Source: Phoronis australis (lineage: Eukaryota; Animalia; Phoronida). Taken from it: a DNA stretch of 64,000 bases. The notes under the pieces are model-generated. The model did no database searches, was not told the origin of the DNA, and worked only from the letters and a program-made list of their open reading frames with translations. Of this stretch, positions 38,867-53,062 are shown in pieces. The translations under genes were made by a program, and so were the position numbers. Numbering within the stretch: the stretch's first letter is position 1; each line of letters opens with the position of its first letter. The DNA lies in assembly GCA_002633005.1 (NCBI GenBank), contig NMRA01000484.1, forward strand, positions 186,001 through 250,000, given 5' to 3'.

Positions 38867-41800
38867 TTCATCTTCAAAATTGATATCAAACAAAATTAAC
38901 AATGTTCTTGAGGTGGATGCTTTGCTACAAATGTAATATTCTTTTTCGATAAATTTACTAAAAACATGCCATGTTTAAGATATTTGGCTATGATAAGTAG
39001 GCAGACTTGTGTATAAAGTCCCACACAATCTTCACTGGTGTTTGAAGATTCAATTGTCCTGTATTCGAACAATACTATTTGTCAGGAATAAAAAAATAAA
39101 TTCATGAGGCCCCAAAGTTTCAGAATTTACCTAACTTCACATGAGCACATTTGCACAAATGATGGCTATGTCATTTCCTAAACAAGAAGCTGTACAGGTG
39201 CATGTGAACTTCATATCACATAAAATATTTCAATGTATAGCTTGCGTCACAAATCATGATGGTTTCTGAATGATAAGATCTATGTGAGCCGACACGACAG
39301 GCCCCACAGAGGCAGGTGATAGCTAGCGGCTGGCAGGCAATATTGATAGCAGAGCATAGCAAGAAAAACAGAGTTTTTTTCAAGTAATTAATCTCCTCAA
39401 AACAATGACGTATTTATCGCAGGCACAACAGACTACTGGATCAATTTTCACACGGAATCAACGGCCAAGTCCTCCCACACAAATTAAGGTTACAATAGCC
39501 ATCATCCATAAAACAATCGGCGCTAACTAAAGCACAGTCATGCAAAATCAATCAGATCAAACGCGTCTGTGAAAAAACACCTGTTGAAATTTGCCTAATA
39601 TCATACAAACTTCAGGAAATAAGCAACTATGGCAAGACTGACGATTGCTAGACAATGTGCAGTGAGCACTCATCGCACAAAGAATAAAGCAAAACTCCAC
39701 ATTTGACTAACCTCGGAACACCATATCTTAGAAACGGTAGTTCGGATTCTTATGAAACTTTCAAGTACTATGCTTATGACTAATATGAAAAAAAATTAAC
39801 GATTTCAGAAAATTTTGAAAATGAATTCATTATTGAGAAGACTGTAATAATTATTTAGATTTCCTCTTGAAAATATCTTCGTGACATTTGTACCTGTTAC
39901 TGATGCCAAAACTTTGCTATCAATGTACCTTTCATTTTTGTTAAATTTTACTATAAACACATAGCCACATGACCCAATCAATGGCAGATTGGTAAAAAGA
40001 CAACAATCAAACACCACAGGCTCCCTGCTTTCAGAAAATACATACCTTCACCTCTATGCTAAATACACAAACTTTTGGACAAGGTTCCACGTAAGTTTAA
40101 CAAGCGAGGGGTCAACATTACTAGTGTTCCCAACCAGAGTTGATTTTGTAAGATAAAATGTACATTAGCATTTTATTAATTCTTGTCTGATTAACAGTGA
40201 AAAAGACAAGAGCCCCCAACTCACAATCAGTTTTTAATATAAACCTTATTAAGTTCAAGCATGAACACGTGACTGTGTTACAAAGTCAACTTACAGATTA
40301 GTTCAAGAGTTTGCCATCACATCGTATTTTTTCACCAGATGAACGCCTCGATCTATTATTTGATGGACACAAGAAAGTTAACGTTTAAAATCAGAGAATA
40401 GACCATAATGGAGGTATACAAAATTCACCAGGCGTAAAATACAAGGGGCCATTGTAAAGGGCGCGATCGTCCACTTTGAGGCATTAGTCTTTACATTTTA
40501 ACTGTCTTCAAAACCTGAAGAGCATTAAAATGTCAATCAAGTCATTGTTTGCAGTGACATCACCATTGTGACCAATAACAATGGCTGTTTCAATTGTGTG
40601 CGACCCTTGACCTCAATTAAAACTGGGATGAATTGGCCTGAAGGGGCTTCCATAAAATAAGGAGTGACAACTTTTTATTCTATTTGGAACAGCTTCAGTT
40701 CACAAAAAATAATGAGAGAATGCTTTGGTGAACTTAATTAACACTTAAAAAGGAGTATATTCTTTATTTAATAGGCTTCAATAACCATCAGTTGCTCTAA
40801 GAACACCAAAGGATTCTTGAATTTTTTTACACCGACATCTCTAGTCTCAAGACATCAAGTAACATCAGCCCAAAAATTAAATAGTTAAACTTGACAAAAA
40901 ACATCCTGGGCAGTTAAGTTGTGTAGTTCATTTTGATAAAAATGTATCTAACAATTAATCATGCCAAAAACCTCACAAAATCAGAAAATGTTTCAGTAAT
41001 ACCAAACCAGTCATAAGAAGCAAGCACAAACCCATTGCAAACACTGTTCTGATAGCATACAATAAATAGCCATCAACTTCCATAAACAACTGTTAAAAAC
41101 AAAGTAATGTTTCCAAAGCCATAAAGATGATAACTACTAAAAACTGAGATTTAACATGGAATTGTTTAACATAGAACACTTATCAAATCTCAGCAAAATA
41201 CAGGTTTTTCTAGCATCTCACGTAAAATTGCGCAAGCAACTCAAATCAGTTGGGTACACTACACATGAATGTACTAAGTGAGCTAGACTAAGTTCACTGC
41301 ACTTTAAAAGTTGAAGAAATATTTTCAGTCACGTGCTTACATGAATTATCAATGATGTGAATAGTTCGGCCATAAACCCAAAATAACTCTATGCCAATAT
41401 GATGCGATGAGTGTTGCTATCAGTGCGAACAAGTGCAAGAAAATTACATGGCTAAATGTTTCAACTTAAGACAGACCCTTCACAGGAGACATCAGCACGT
41501 CACGGGTCAACAGAGTGAACGGAATGGATCACATGTTAACAAGTACATTTCAAGAAATTCCCAGTGCATGGATGCACTTATTACATACAGATTCATCATA
41601 GTCATTCCTGACTTGGACGGAATGATTTACCAAATGTGTGTGCATCACAACTGCACCATAATGACACCTGGTGACGAAAGTGATGGTTAAAAAATTACCA
41701 TTTATTAATAACGTAAGGAAATCTTGAATTTCAGCTCATGCACGAGACAGGAAAGTTGCTTACACCTGAACATAATTCGACTGTGTCTGGTAAAATTCTC

Positions 41801-44040
41801 CAGTCTGTGAAACAATATGGCAGATAAGTGGAATTTCGTTTGTTCAAATTTCTGTACCAAAAATAAATCATTAAGAAAAGGGACTTAATTGTTCTCATGT
41901 TTTTTGGTACAGTGGTCATCTGAAAACATTTGAAACAAATGGGCGAATTTGCATGAAAGAAATATGTCATTAGAAAATCTCAATTTAGCTTTTATTTTTG
42001 TTTCAAATTGGATTTTTCCCAGATATCCAACAGTTTCTCCTGTACTAATATTTACATTGGCAATTTTCTTCACTTCCTCTTTGAACAGGTTGAGTAATCT
42101 TATTACACTGGAAATCTGTCATGAAGGAGGTGAAGGTAAATGAAGGAACATGTTACCGGGTAGTAAAAATAATTTTATCCAATTAAGTCCCTGGTGTTTT
42201 ATGTCTGTACTTCCATCTAGGCTAGAAACAATGAATCAGAATTTGCAATAGCCATAGTCATAGTACCTGACAGTTGAGATAGTCTGATCTTTTCAAGTTA
42301 TTGAGGGAAGACAGGTCCCTACGACCATCAACCAATTCACAGAAGTTCAGTGGTTACCAAGATTTCACAAAATGTTCAATGGTCGACAAATATATTCACA
42401 GAGTTGAAACTAAATTGTATTTACAGACATGGAAATTAAGGAAGAGCGAGAACTATTTTGATCTCATAATCTGATAAAGAGGTTTGTTATTTCAAGCAAT
42501 CATGTCTTTCAACACTATTTTCTTATCCGAGGCATCAGTCAGCCAACAGTGATGTAATGGGCCCTCTAGCCAATGGTGTGTTGACGTAACAAGCCTTTGA
42601 CAAACAGGAGCATTTGTTGTGATGGACTGACAGCTCGTTTGGCTGGGAGAGCTCATCAAAACGTTGGAGATGATAAACATGTAGTCTGTGTCAATGTTTA
42701 GTTTGTGTTAGAATATCATCATCATTTAGCTGTTAAATAAACCCTGCTTCATTGTGACTCTTTGGTGTAACTGTTAAGTGATGAAGCACTTTCTCACAGC
42801 ATCCATTGTCATGGAATTCTAAATATGCCAATACTTCAATTCAGACACTTTGAAGAATAAAGCAACAGTTCATTAGATTGATTAGTGCAGTGATCTGGTT
42901 GTCCCCTTCGAAACAGAAAAACAACAAAACTGATGAGTTTCGTGTATGTGTTCTTCAAAAGGTACAGACCCAGACTTCCCCAAGCTTTACAAAAGTATAA
43001 GTTCATACAACTTATTATGGGATTCAAAAGCACATGCATCCAACTCTCTGCATTTATTGTCACCCAATACGCTGGTATCGGACAAGTTGGTTACATCAGG
43101 CACACACTAAGCTAAGGCAATCCAGTACAAGAGTAGTTTTGATTAATGCCTGCCAATCTTTTGCCAACACAGAGTCTTCCCAAGTCAAAAATAATCAGAC
43201 AAAATAATACTATTTCACCAACATATGGCTAATTTTGGCAACAGCAAAAATTACTGTAAATAACTATTATGGTGGCAAAATTCTTATCACAAAATAACTT
43301 GGTCACCTTACTAACTTCCTGTTAACCCCCCCCCCCCGTCACCAGGGGAGACTACTCTGATGACGAATGTGGCGGCCGTCAAGACTTGGGGAATTCTGGT
43401 CGCCGGACTGCAGCGACTGCTGCCACAGTTGCGTGCGCCTTACATCAGCAAATTGGTCACATCGACTAATCGAAGTTGCGGTCTGTTCATGATGTCAGTT
43501 GGCGGGAATTTACTAAGTTGTCTATTTATAGAACATTTACTACCGGGTAGGCTGACAAATTGATCTGAGGAGGTTTGTCAATTACACGTGACTACTCACT
43601 GATGTGGGCATATCCCTTTAACAGCAATAAGCATCAAAGCCATCAACATCGTTACCTAAATTTGTTTTTAACAATGAGGAGAAAACTTCCCTAATTGTAT
43701 ATAACAATTAAACAAACTTGAGCATATCACCATGGTTACGGACCGTTTCCCATGCCACCATAATGCAAAACCAGTAATTATCCGCGAAGTATCCAAATGA
43801 AAAATTCTCTGTTCCTCCCCTGACACTTTGAAAACAGAAAGTGCGGCAGAATTTATTTTTTTTATTCCTTACATATCCAATCCTGTCGAATATGACGTCA
43901 AGCAAAACTTGTAAGAAGTAGAATACAACTTCTCAACTGTTACCATATGTATTTATTTTGCATTCACTGTCTGTCTGAAAACAGGCGAACCTAAATGCAT
44001 CTAGTTATATTTACAAATCACGCACAAATGTTGTCCTACT

Positions 44041-44096
44041 GTACATATCCTGATGATGTCTTGCTGAATAAGATGAAACGTTGAGTTAACATGAAC
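44041..44096 (+). ncRNA. Degenerate minimal (type I) hammerhead ribozyme, Penelope-like element terminal remnant
   Basis: CTGATGA (44050-44056)-t-GTCTT-gctgaat-AAGAT-GAAA (44075-44078)-CGTT. Both catalytic boxes are present, with a stem II (one G:U pair) and a palindromic AACGTT in place of helix III. Helix I is weak. Confidence 0.45.
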
Positions 44097-46384
44097 TTCT
44101 TCATTTGTGCGGCAATTGTCCGTTTTCTAATTATATTTACAAATGCATAAATTTGATTCATTCAATTTTTCAAAAAAGACAGTTGCTTGTGTATTCATCA
44201 AAAATTCAACAGATACCGTGTGCTTTTGTTTGATTTTTATTTTCCCTATGTAGTCACCTGTAAGCCAACATGGGACTGGTATGGTTCCGTTATGAAAATT
44301 ATGTACAGATTGATATATTGTGGAAAATGTCACTTTAATTGCTAAATATCTATCACGTCTTTCTGTGGAGGTTACTGCCTTGTTCTGAAGACTCAGCGAA
44401 TATGCAATATACAGCCATGACAAAAGCATCACATGGTTATATGATATAATAGCTATACTAAGACCCCAAGCTTAAGAAAAACCCAAACATATTTCTGCAA
44501 ACAAATGGAAGCATAAAACACAAACAGTAATTCACTCAGCTAATTATTTTGCTTAGCAGACAGGCACTCATAGGTGGAGCTACTGAGCCAGTTGTCAATG
44601 TCATAAAGTACAAAAGTGTCTAATTTGCTAACCAGTATGTATTTTTTGTACTTGTATTTAAAATTCTGAAATTTAAAGTGTCACAAAATAAAATCGTACA
44701 CTGAGCAAATCCACATAAGGAGTGACAAAACTGGTACATATCATGTAGGCTATCATTTTTTATTATTACGTTTCCGTACGATATCAAAATAGTAGGATCA
44801 ATATCAGTATCAAAGCGGGTATTAATTAGACCCAACAGGATCCAGGATTGCATTGGGAATCATTTGTAAAAGGGATGACTCACCATGATCACTGTAAGTG
44901 ACCTTCAACATGATTTGCAACTTGCAAGTCAAGAAGTGTGGTTTGTGTCACAGGAAGGGGATTTAATTGGTAGCTATGGGACAATCATAGGAATGATTGC
45001 CACATGGCCAACAGAGGCAAATAATCAAGTTCACACCTTCCAAGTGTGAGATAAATAATTACATTCTCAGCTTATGGGCACAACAGTGGTAGCAAGAGCT
45101 ATCGTTGTCAGGGATCACAATACAGAGCAAAATAATGCAAGCTTTGGTTTGAGAAAATGAAACAAACTTGATACGTACCAAATTTAAATTTAAATTTATA
45201 TTTGAAAAACAACTGGTAATGGCAACATGGCCAAGGAGCTGCGTTTTGCATCAAGGAGTACATATGAGTTATAGTGGCAAATAAGATAGTTTAAATTAAA
45301 ATTCAAGCAAAATTTTTGTCAGTCAAACACTGAAACTAATCATGACCATTGACCTGGGCACAGATCCAAAAGTTCTGAATTCTTTTATTCTCTAACAGTA
45401 ACTACGGAAAATTTTATTCGTTATCTGCAGAAAAGCCTGACACAATGGCAATCAAATGTCAATGACCTCAGCTTGTTGGAAGAAAAAATTTCAAAACTTC
45501 ATGAAAACTCCTAAAATTTTATCTAGTTTCACCTCCAAACAATTAAAAGCCAATCAAAAATGGCAAAAAACAACGATTCGCTGGCAACTTTTGACATTTT
45601 CAATTTCAACTAGTGACTATGGTTTTTAAGCAATTTGATCCCACACAAGTATCCTTTCTATTTTCCTGCAAAAGTCTAACAATAGAGGTGCACAGAAATT
45701 GTAAACAATTAGGTTTCTCCTGATATAAAGGGTAAAATTCCTTACTTTGGGGGGAAAACGTTACCTGAAAATTTCACGGTTGTACCCTTAACTTGAAATA
45801 AACAAGAGTATTTGGCTAAGACGAAAATCTAAATTAAAGGTAGCAAAAATTACGAAACAGTTTTCACTGAGAAAAATACTTCAAACAAAAATTGTTTAGA
45901 TTCTAACTCTCTCTAAAAAAGTTCAAGGTTCCCACAGTAACAAACTGCACTAAATTGAGGATGATTTGTCATAATCAAGTGATCATTAATTTGTCACCAA
46001 AAACATAATAAGATAAATAGAATTCCAAATGTTATTTTTTTGCATTTAAGCTAAGGCACACATTCAAACAAGTCAGTTTAATAGGAATGTAAGTTATTCC
46101 AACAGTTTTATCCAGCTGTGTTGGGAGGGCTTATAACCTTATTGGCAGTCTGGTCAACCTATTAGCTAACAAACCCAAGGTATGACCAGCCCCTCAACTT
46201 GCAGCAACCCAGTCAAGCGACCCCCCACCTCACCTCGCACCAGCCTTAGTGGCTGCAGGAAACCTCCCTTCAAATAAGATTGAGTTTCATTTCATAAGCG
46301 ACCTACAGTGGATAATAAACACTGTCCACTTAAAAAACATAGATGGCTGACTGAGTAATTATGCATCCAAGCGATAACGAGTTT

Positions 46385-46386
<2 letters not shown>

Positions 46387-46421
<35 letters not shown>

Positions 46422-46425
46422 CGCA
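46387..46425. repeat. (GT)14 microsatellite with (GC) tail
   Basis: (gt)14 followed by gcgcgcacgc, a continuous purine-pyrimidine alternation. Confidence 0.97.
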
Positions 46426-49199
46426 GATACAGCACTTTCAGTAGTCTCTGGGATCAAATAGTTAAAGTTTCACAGCCTCACAGAGCACATTTACTGCTGG
46501 ATCCTTTCTGCCTTTCAGTGAGGATCTCCTGCTATGAGGACCCTGCTGTGAAAATCATGTTGGGGAATAATTTTTTAAGTCCAAATAGACTTACATGTTC
46601 GAGACATCTAAAATGATTAGAAACAAAATTACGCAAGGCATGAAAAAGCAAATGAGTAAGACTAAATGCCACTCTTAATTAAAGGCATTTTCATACCACA
46701 GTCAAGAGCTACAAATAACAACATCACCAAAAAAGGAGTAATACACTGGCTAATAAAAATCTGCACTTTCTTACAGATAAAATATTTTTTCCAGAAAAAC
46801 AATTCAAATGCGTCATAAACCATATCCAAATAAATGAAAGAGCAAAATAAACAGCATCTAAGTGCCGGCTGATCCTCCGTTTCTGAACATGTTTCACAGA
46901 CCTTTAACTGATAGTGTTGCCAAATTCCACACAGAGCAAGATTGTCATGGCCAACTAGTCACATGTCTCGATCAATTAAGAAGGAGAGATGGCAGATGTC
47001 ACCAGGGAAACTGACGGAGGCAAGGGTAGTACCTCGGCAATGATTTACAATGGCACGCATTTTACAAAATTTTTATATAAAAAACACTTTGTAACTATCG
47101 ACACTTTAAAAACACACAAAATAAGCTCTTTTTGGAAGGCCATCTCTTTCCAACTAATAAAGAGTATGGTACATTAAAAGATTCGAATTTTCCAGATGAA
47201 TCTAAAAAACCGGCTGTTAACCCTCACCTCTATCATAACCATAAAATGTCAATAATTACAGACAATGCCCAGCAGTCTAATTACAGAAAAAAATCACCAC
47301 TCAATTTTTCCCAACACAATACCAGTGAACAGTGATCACCAAGGGAATCTTCAGAGACCTGTTGCTTCGCAGCATAAGAAGTTCTCCAATTTCAAGACCA
47401 GCAAAAAGCCTTGGATACTTGTGTGGTTTTATGTGCACTTTATGCAGAAATATCAGTCACCCCTCCCCGGTACAGTCTCCTAGCTGGGTAATGCTGGCTA
47501 CAGACAGACCCAGGACAGACTTGGGCAGGAGACACAATCATCACAAAATGCCAGCTGAGCATGGAGGCGTTACGCCTGATTGAAAGGCACTCTCCTGTGA
47601 ATCCACTGACTGGGTCTTGCTGCAGGACACCACCTCACTGATGCCATAACCCACATGGTGGCCATATACTCACAACCATCTCTCCTCAATGGCTGCATTG
47701 CAAGCAATGTTGTTATGAATATTCCTCATTTTTAGACACTGGAAATTTCACAGGTTCTATTTGAAACTATGGGTGTTAATCATAATTGTATAACAAAATA
47801 ATGGCTTTAAAGGCATGGGAAGTGAGTAAGTGGTTTTGAAAATACGGAAAGTGTTCAACAAGCAAAAATATGAAGAATCACTAAATGCGGGAACATTTTC
47901 CTCGTTTCTAGTGGTGCTTATAAACTTTTAAACTGTTAATAGAGCAAGGAAAAAGTTTTAGGTAAACAAAGTTCTTCTTGAGCAATAAATGTGAAAAACA
48001 CTTTTTGTTTTATTTTGGGTAAACACTTTATTTCAATGAACATGACATGCACATTAACTAACTGAAATTGTCAAAACAGGAAAACCTCAATCACATAATT
48101 AATTTTATGTCTATTTTCATTTTCTATACTCGTTAAAAACTGACGGGGGATATTTTTACTTGCCAAGATGTCAAACCTAAAAACTGAAAATAATCTCTTT
48201 CATGCTTCTGGAAAGCTGAGCAAAAATGGAAAAAAGCAAAAAAGTCCAAATTGTGAAGAATGCCAGGCTGTTTAAAAATTCAATCAAATCCAATTTTCGC
48301 TTTACTTGGGAATAATTGGGCAGGTCACGGTTGACTGATCAAATCCAAACCTGCTGTCTGTGCTAATGATGGTGTAGGGGTGCTTATAATGCACACACAC
48401 TGTCTTGGACTTTTTTAATAAATGCAGTCAGTCGTTTGAGCATGAAATTGGAAATTCAACTCCACCTGGCAAGCGCTCCCGGTGAAAAAAATGTACCTGC
48501 CCCGGCAAAGACGTTGGCTCAACAAGTGTGCCTGTTGATCGAACACGTAATCAGAGAACTTACAACCCATTATCACTAAACCAACAACTATTGTGCGGTT
48601 ATTATAGCGCAGGTCTCTGCCATCAATAAACTTAAGTTATGCTTCTTCTTCTTTTCACCTTCTAATTTAATTTGTTGGAAATTTCTGTCATTCGCATCAA
48701 GCTAAACACTTCTTTAGATCCACAAAATTATACATCAAAATAAATGTTAGTTTAAGTAATTTTGACTGAGAATCACACTAAACATATTTTAAAATAAGAT
48801 ATACCATTCCATTTATATTTCATTTCCTAAGTTCGAGATCAGTTGTTATTTGATGCTATGATAAGCAATTCAAATCCTTTTTTGCTGACTAGTACAAAAC
48901 AGTCGCAATTATTAATTTTCTAGAATATTAACAGACACTACCTCAACTCAAAACAACTATAGCAGCGACATCTATAGAGGGATAAGAACACCACAATGTA
49001 CAAGTGGTGCCATCTTTTGACAGTTTGTAGCTATAGTCACTTGGAAATGATTAACAAAACCAGCAATGATTTCATTAATTGAACCATCAGATCTTATAAA
49101 ACAGCCTGAAAAAATATCTAAACCACAGGACAGTGGCATTTTGTATGTTCAAAACGAAGCACATTGCCGTGGACTCTGCCCCATAAATGTTACAGACCA

Positions 49200-51830
49200 A
49201 AAAACTTAGCATGCATGTTCAGAAAACAACAGTAAAATGCGTCTACGACAGCATCGCAAATGACATATATCATAAAAGTGGCCACTAAATGCCACAAAAT
49301 ATATTTAACCCATCTGAAAATAGGAAACCATCTCCCTCATGTAAAACTATTAGGCACATTTCACAAAGTCAATCAACTGCAAAGATACAGAGGCAAACGT
49401 AAAGCAACCAACTTGCCAAAAGGAGCCGCACCAGTAGTTGAGTCTTTCCGAAAAAAGTCATCATCTGCTGCTAAGTTCATGGTAAAGCACTTATCAAATT
49501 TTACACGAAGATCCGGCAAAGGATTTACGAGATGAAGATGAGAAGGCAAAAAGTATCATTGTGGGGTACCACATTAGTCAGACCAGTCCGAAAACAACCA
49601 GCAGTCATGTTCTAGTCAGTAGGAATACATTTGCTGATTTTCATAACGGTCCTCTGATCAGGATAGCAGTTTCAAAGGCTGGAGGAAAAAACAAAAACCA
49701 TATAAATAGCCCTTGGTGGAACAGAATCCGTTGACTCTGTCCGAAAATGAAGACATGTTGTTGTTGCTTTAATAGAAACCTATTTGCCAAATTTCAAAAA
49801 AATTTGCCAAGGAACTCTGAATATACAGAGGCAACTGTAAAAAACCATAACTGCCACTAGGGGCCACAGCAGCAGTTAGCTCGGTCCGAGATTCGTCATC
49901 AGCTTCATAAAAACACAACTACCAAAGAAGGGGCTTTACACGTCCAGTAGATGCCAAACGCCTGGAAGCCAGACAGAGACGACAGCAATATGTGAACAAG
50001 GCTATATGTGGACGAATGAAATGTTCTAAAGGGTTCCTTTCTTGGGATACCACTACAGCGAGAACTCAGGGTTTCAGGCTTTTTTCTGATTAAGCTACAT
50101 TTTTATCGATACATTTTTACCTTATTGGACAGGTTTCAAGAAAACATTTCACACGCACTCTGTCTTTTTATTGTCGAGAGGAATCTCCAATTCTGACATT
50201 TCTCTTCACTAGGATTCCGTTTTTTCTGGCTCGGTCGACACCAATACTGGGTAGGATTTTTACAGAACGTAACAAGACACTTTATCACAATATGGTACTT
50301 TTCAAAAAAGTTAATGAAATTTCTAAGCAAAAATTTCAGCTAATGGTCAATAATTTAGTGTTACTTTCAGGCTTTCATTTGAATTTTGGTACACGAAGCC
50401 TGATGAAATTCAGTGAAATTCATCACTTTTTCAAAAGTACTGAAGTTTCAACAACTTAATAAAATTTGTAACCAACATACACCAAAGTTTACATAATTTC
50501 AAACGGTAATTAGTGTATGGAGGTAGTGCCCCCTAATGGCAAGTTCACTTTTTTACCATTGCCTTTGGGTCGCTGAAGTTCTTTGATGAATTTTTATGAA
50601 ATTTGGCAGATAGGTTTCTATTACGAAGACAAATCGTTATGTAGGCGATGGTGATGCCTTTCCTTGTTGGACAGGTTCGATGTATTCTGCGCCACCTCGT
50701 GGCACTTTTATGATACTAGTACACACCAATAGAAGAATTATTACTGCTTGTGGCGCAGTCGTGGGCGTATTTTAACGTTGCTCTTGCATTACAAATCGCC
50801 AATTCTCACCATTTCCTGACAGACATTCCCTGAAATCAAGGCCAGTAACTTTTCCATTTAAATACACTTAAAAAACCGGCAACCATTTATAGAGTAGGAC
50901 ATAGCTATGCCAGTAGACCGTCTGCCAGTGCCTACGGGGCTTCCATATTTGATTCCACACTGAGGCTGAAAATCCCTTTTCTCGCCAATAACATCGCATT
51001 AGATCCAACAAAGACCATACGCACACTTTTACCAGGAATTATTCACCCTGGAAAACGTCATTTAAGTTCACTTACTTCGCTGTCTTCAGAGGTCGGAGAA
51101 GCTGGACGTTTGTTCTCCATCCCTCACAACTCTTTGGCACACAAAAGATACAGTGTCACTGGTGGAAAAACTCTACAAACAACAATAAAGCAAACATAAA
51201 GACCTTCGCATTATTGAGTCATGATTGTTAAGGTTATACGCGACCTCAGAAAAACGTCCTTAACTGGCTTACTTCAGAAAATCAAATCTCAGAAATGGCT
51301 GCCTGGATTCATATTAAACTTATTAAAAAAAATATTGGCACACTCCCATAAATCGTGTCGCATTATATCCATGTTAGAAAATGAGAAGGAAAATGTCATC
51401 TCTTTAACAAAAACCTATGTGCTGAATATCATGAAAATACATTAATGAACTACAAAGATAAAGAGGCAAACGTAAAAAAAACATTTCGCCACCAGGGGGC
51501 ACAAAGGTATTTGGATCAGTTCAACACTGATAAACACATCTTTCAAACTTCTCAAAGCTCCTTCAAAGGGTTAAGGAGATTCGGCCGCAAATGTTTATAA
51601 AAAATCACCACTTGGGGTCGACAGAGTAGTCGGACCCATCCGAAAGTCAACGTCAGTTATGTCCTTCTTATCAGGAACACAACTGTAAATTTTCATAATG
51701 ACCGTCTAAGCAGTATGGCAGATAGGGAGGTGGACATCAGAAAACGTACGCAAAAATGGCCACCAAGTGGCACAGAAAACATCAAATCTGTCCGAAGGCG
51801 TTTTCGTCTCCTGAATAGAAACCGATTTTC
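49200..51830. repeat. Cluster of diverged ~120-160-bp subunit arrays (forward 49.2-49.9 kb, inverted 50.5-50.7 kb, forward 51.44-51.83 kb)
   Basis: 49755-49870 matches the reverse complement of 50522-50640 (taatagaaacctat(t/c)tgccaaatttca...gcca(c/t)tagggg). aact(g/a)caaagata(c/a)agaggcaaacgtaaa is shared by ~49375 and ~51449. Subunits end in a gccacyagrkggcrc-like motif. Confidence 0.7.
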
Positions 51831-52825
51831 TGGATTTCATGAAAGATTTCTGGGCTTGGCAATAAAAGATAGCAACAAAATTTAAAAACATTTCTAACAT
51901 AAAATTAGTATTTTGGGAGGAGTCGCATTCATTGCGGCGCTCAGTAAGAACATTCGTGCAGCCACATGCTGTAGTATATGACAACACTGTTTTGTAAACA
52001 AGTTTTCTATTCACCTCACAATTGCAATGATATTAACTGACCTAAATGTTACCATGCGGGGCGTCGATGTAAACTATGAAGTTCACTGAACCGTTCATAC
52101 CGACTTCGGCAGTCAACGGACATCAAAGTAACTGGTAGGCGACGCTGATGTCATCGAAGTACTCACAAGGTAGCACTGATGCATCACGTTCACGTAAGAT
52201 TTTTTTCAATGTGACAATTTGAGCACATTTATGTGTGCTGATTGACATAAAACTGATTTCTAATTTGATTGGTGATCATTCGAGCAAAATATAAGCAATT
52301 ATTAGCCATGATACTACCCTTAAGTTGTTGTCGATAGCAGTGGCCCCTGGCTATAACTTCGATGGGACTAAAGTTGACCGTTCATACTGCACCAGCATTT
52401 TTGAGATTGCACCTTCAACACTTTTTTAAATTTGTCCATATTAAAATCATTGTTCTGCTACGAATGTACTTTTTTGTTAAATTTCTTTAATTCTACGTGA
52501 CCCAATTAATGACAGACTGATTTTAAGTAAACAATTACAGACAGACTCCAGTGGCTAAAACACCTTTTTGACACCAGAAATGTAAGAATTGTCCATAAAA
52601 ATATTGTTTTTGCTTCTTACATAACACGGAAAGTAAGTAACTGCGACGCAAATTACACCACTCATACTTCGTAGCCCCTTCGAGCGCCCCAGTAATATTC
52701 TCAACCAATCAGCGTAAAGTGGTTCATTAGTGACATCGAGGCCACGAAATTACTCGAAAGCCACACTGCGTAACAGCTGAGTGCCATTTCTTGGACGTTC
52801 TGTACATGTCGATCTCTGGGCTAAA

Positions 52826-52976
52826 ATGCCGTGTTGCGTGGTGTACGGGTGTAGCAATGCCAGTGGCATTGGCATGCTTGCACAACTTCCCCACCGATCC
52901 CGTCGTGTGCCGTGCGTGGAATATATCGTATCCACGACAAGGACTGGCCAACCCGATCAGCAAGATCTGTTTTTGA
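52826..52976 (+). pseudogene. THAP zinc-finger domain remnant (transposon-derived, Kolobok/P/Harbinger-associated type)
   Basis: ATG at 52826 gives MPCCVVYGCSNASGIG, then a frameshift to LHNFPTDPVVCRAWNISYPRQGLANPISKICF*. THAP hallmarks are the N-terminal C-x4-C, FP, W and the terminal C; the HF is lost. Confidence 0.7.
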
Positions 52977-53062
52977 CTAGGTGCAAAGCTACGGTGTATA
53001 CAAAAACTACAGCTTTGCGCCAATGCGGATAAAAATGACTAAATAAAACCAGACATAGAAGT

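Noticed and set aside
43357-43390. Other CTGATGA words (43357, 50400, 56440, 59614) as hammerheads
   Set aside because: No stem II followed by a correctly placed GAAA box.
47674-47740. Minus-strand first coding exon MRNIHNNIACNAAIEERW|gtgagt
   Set aside because: It rests only on a donor hexamer and a short ORF, both expected by chance in 64 kb.
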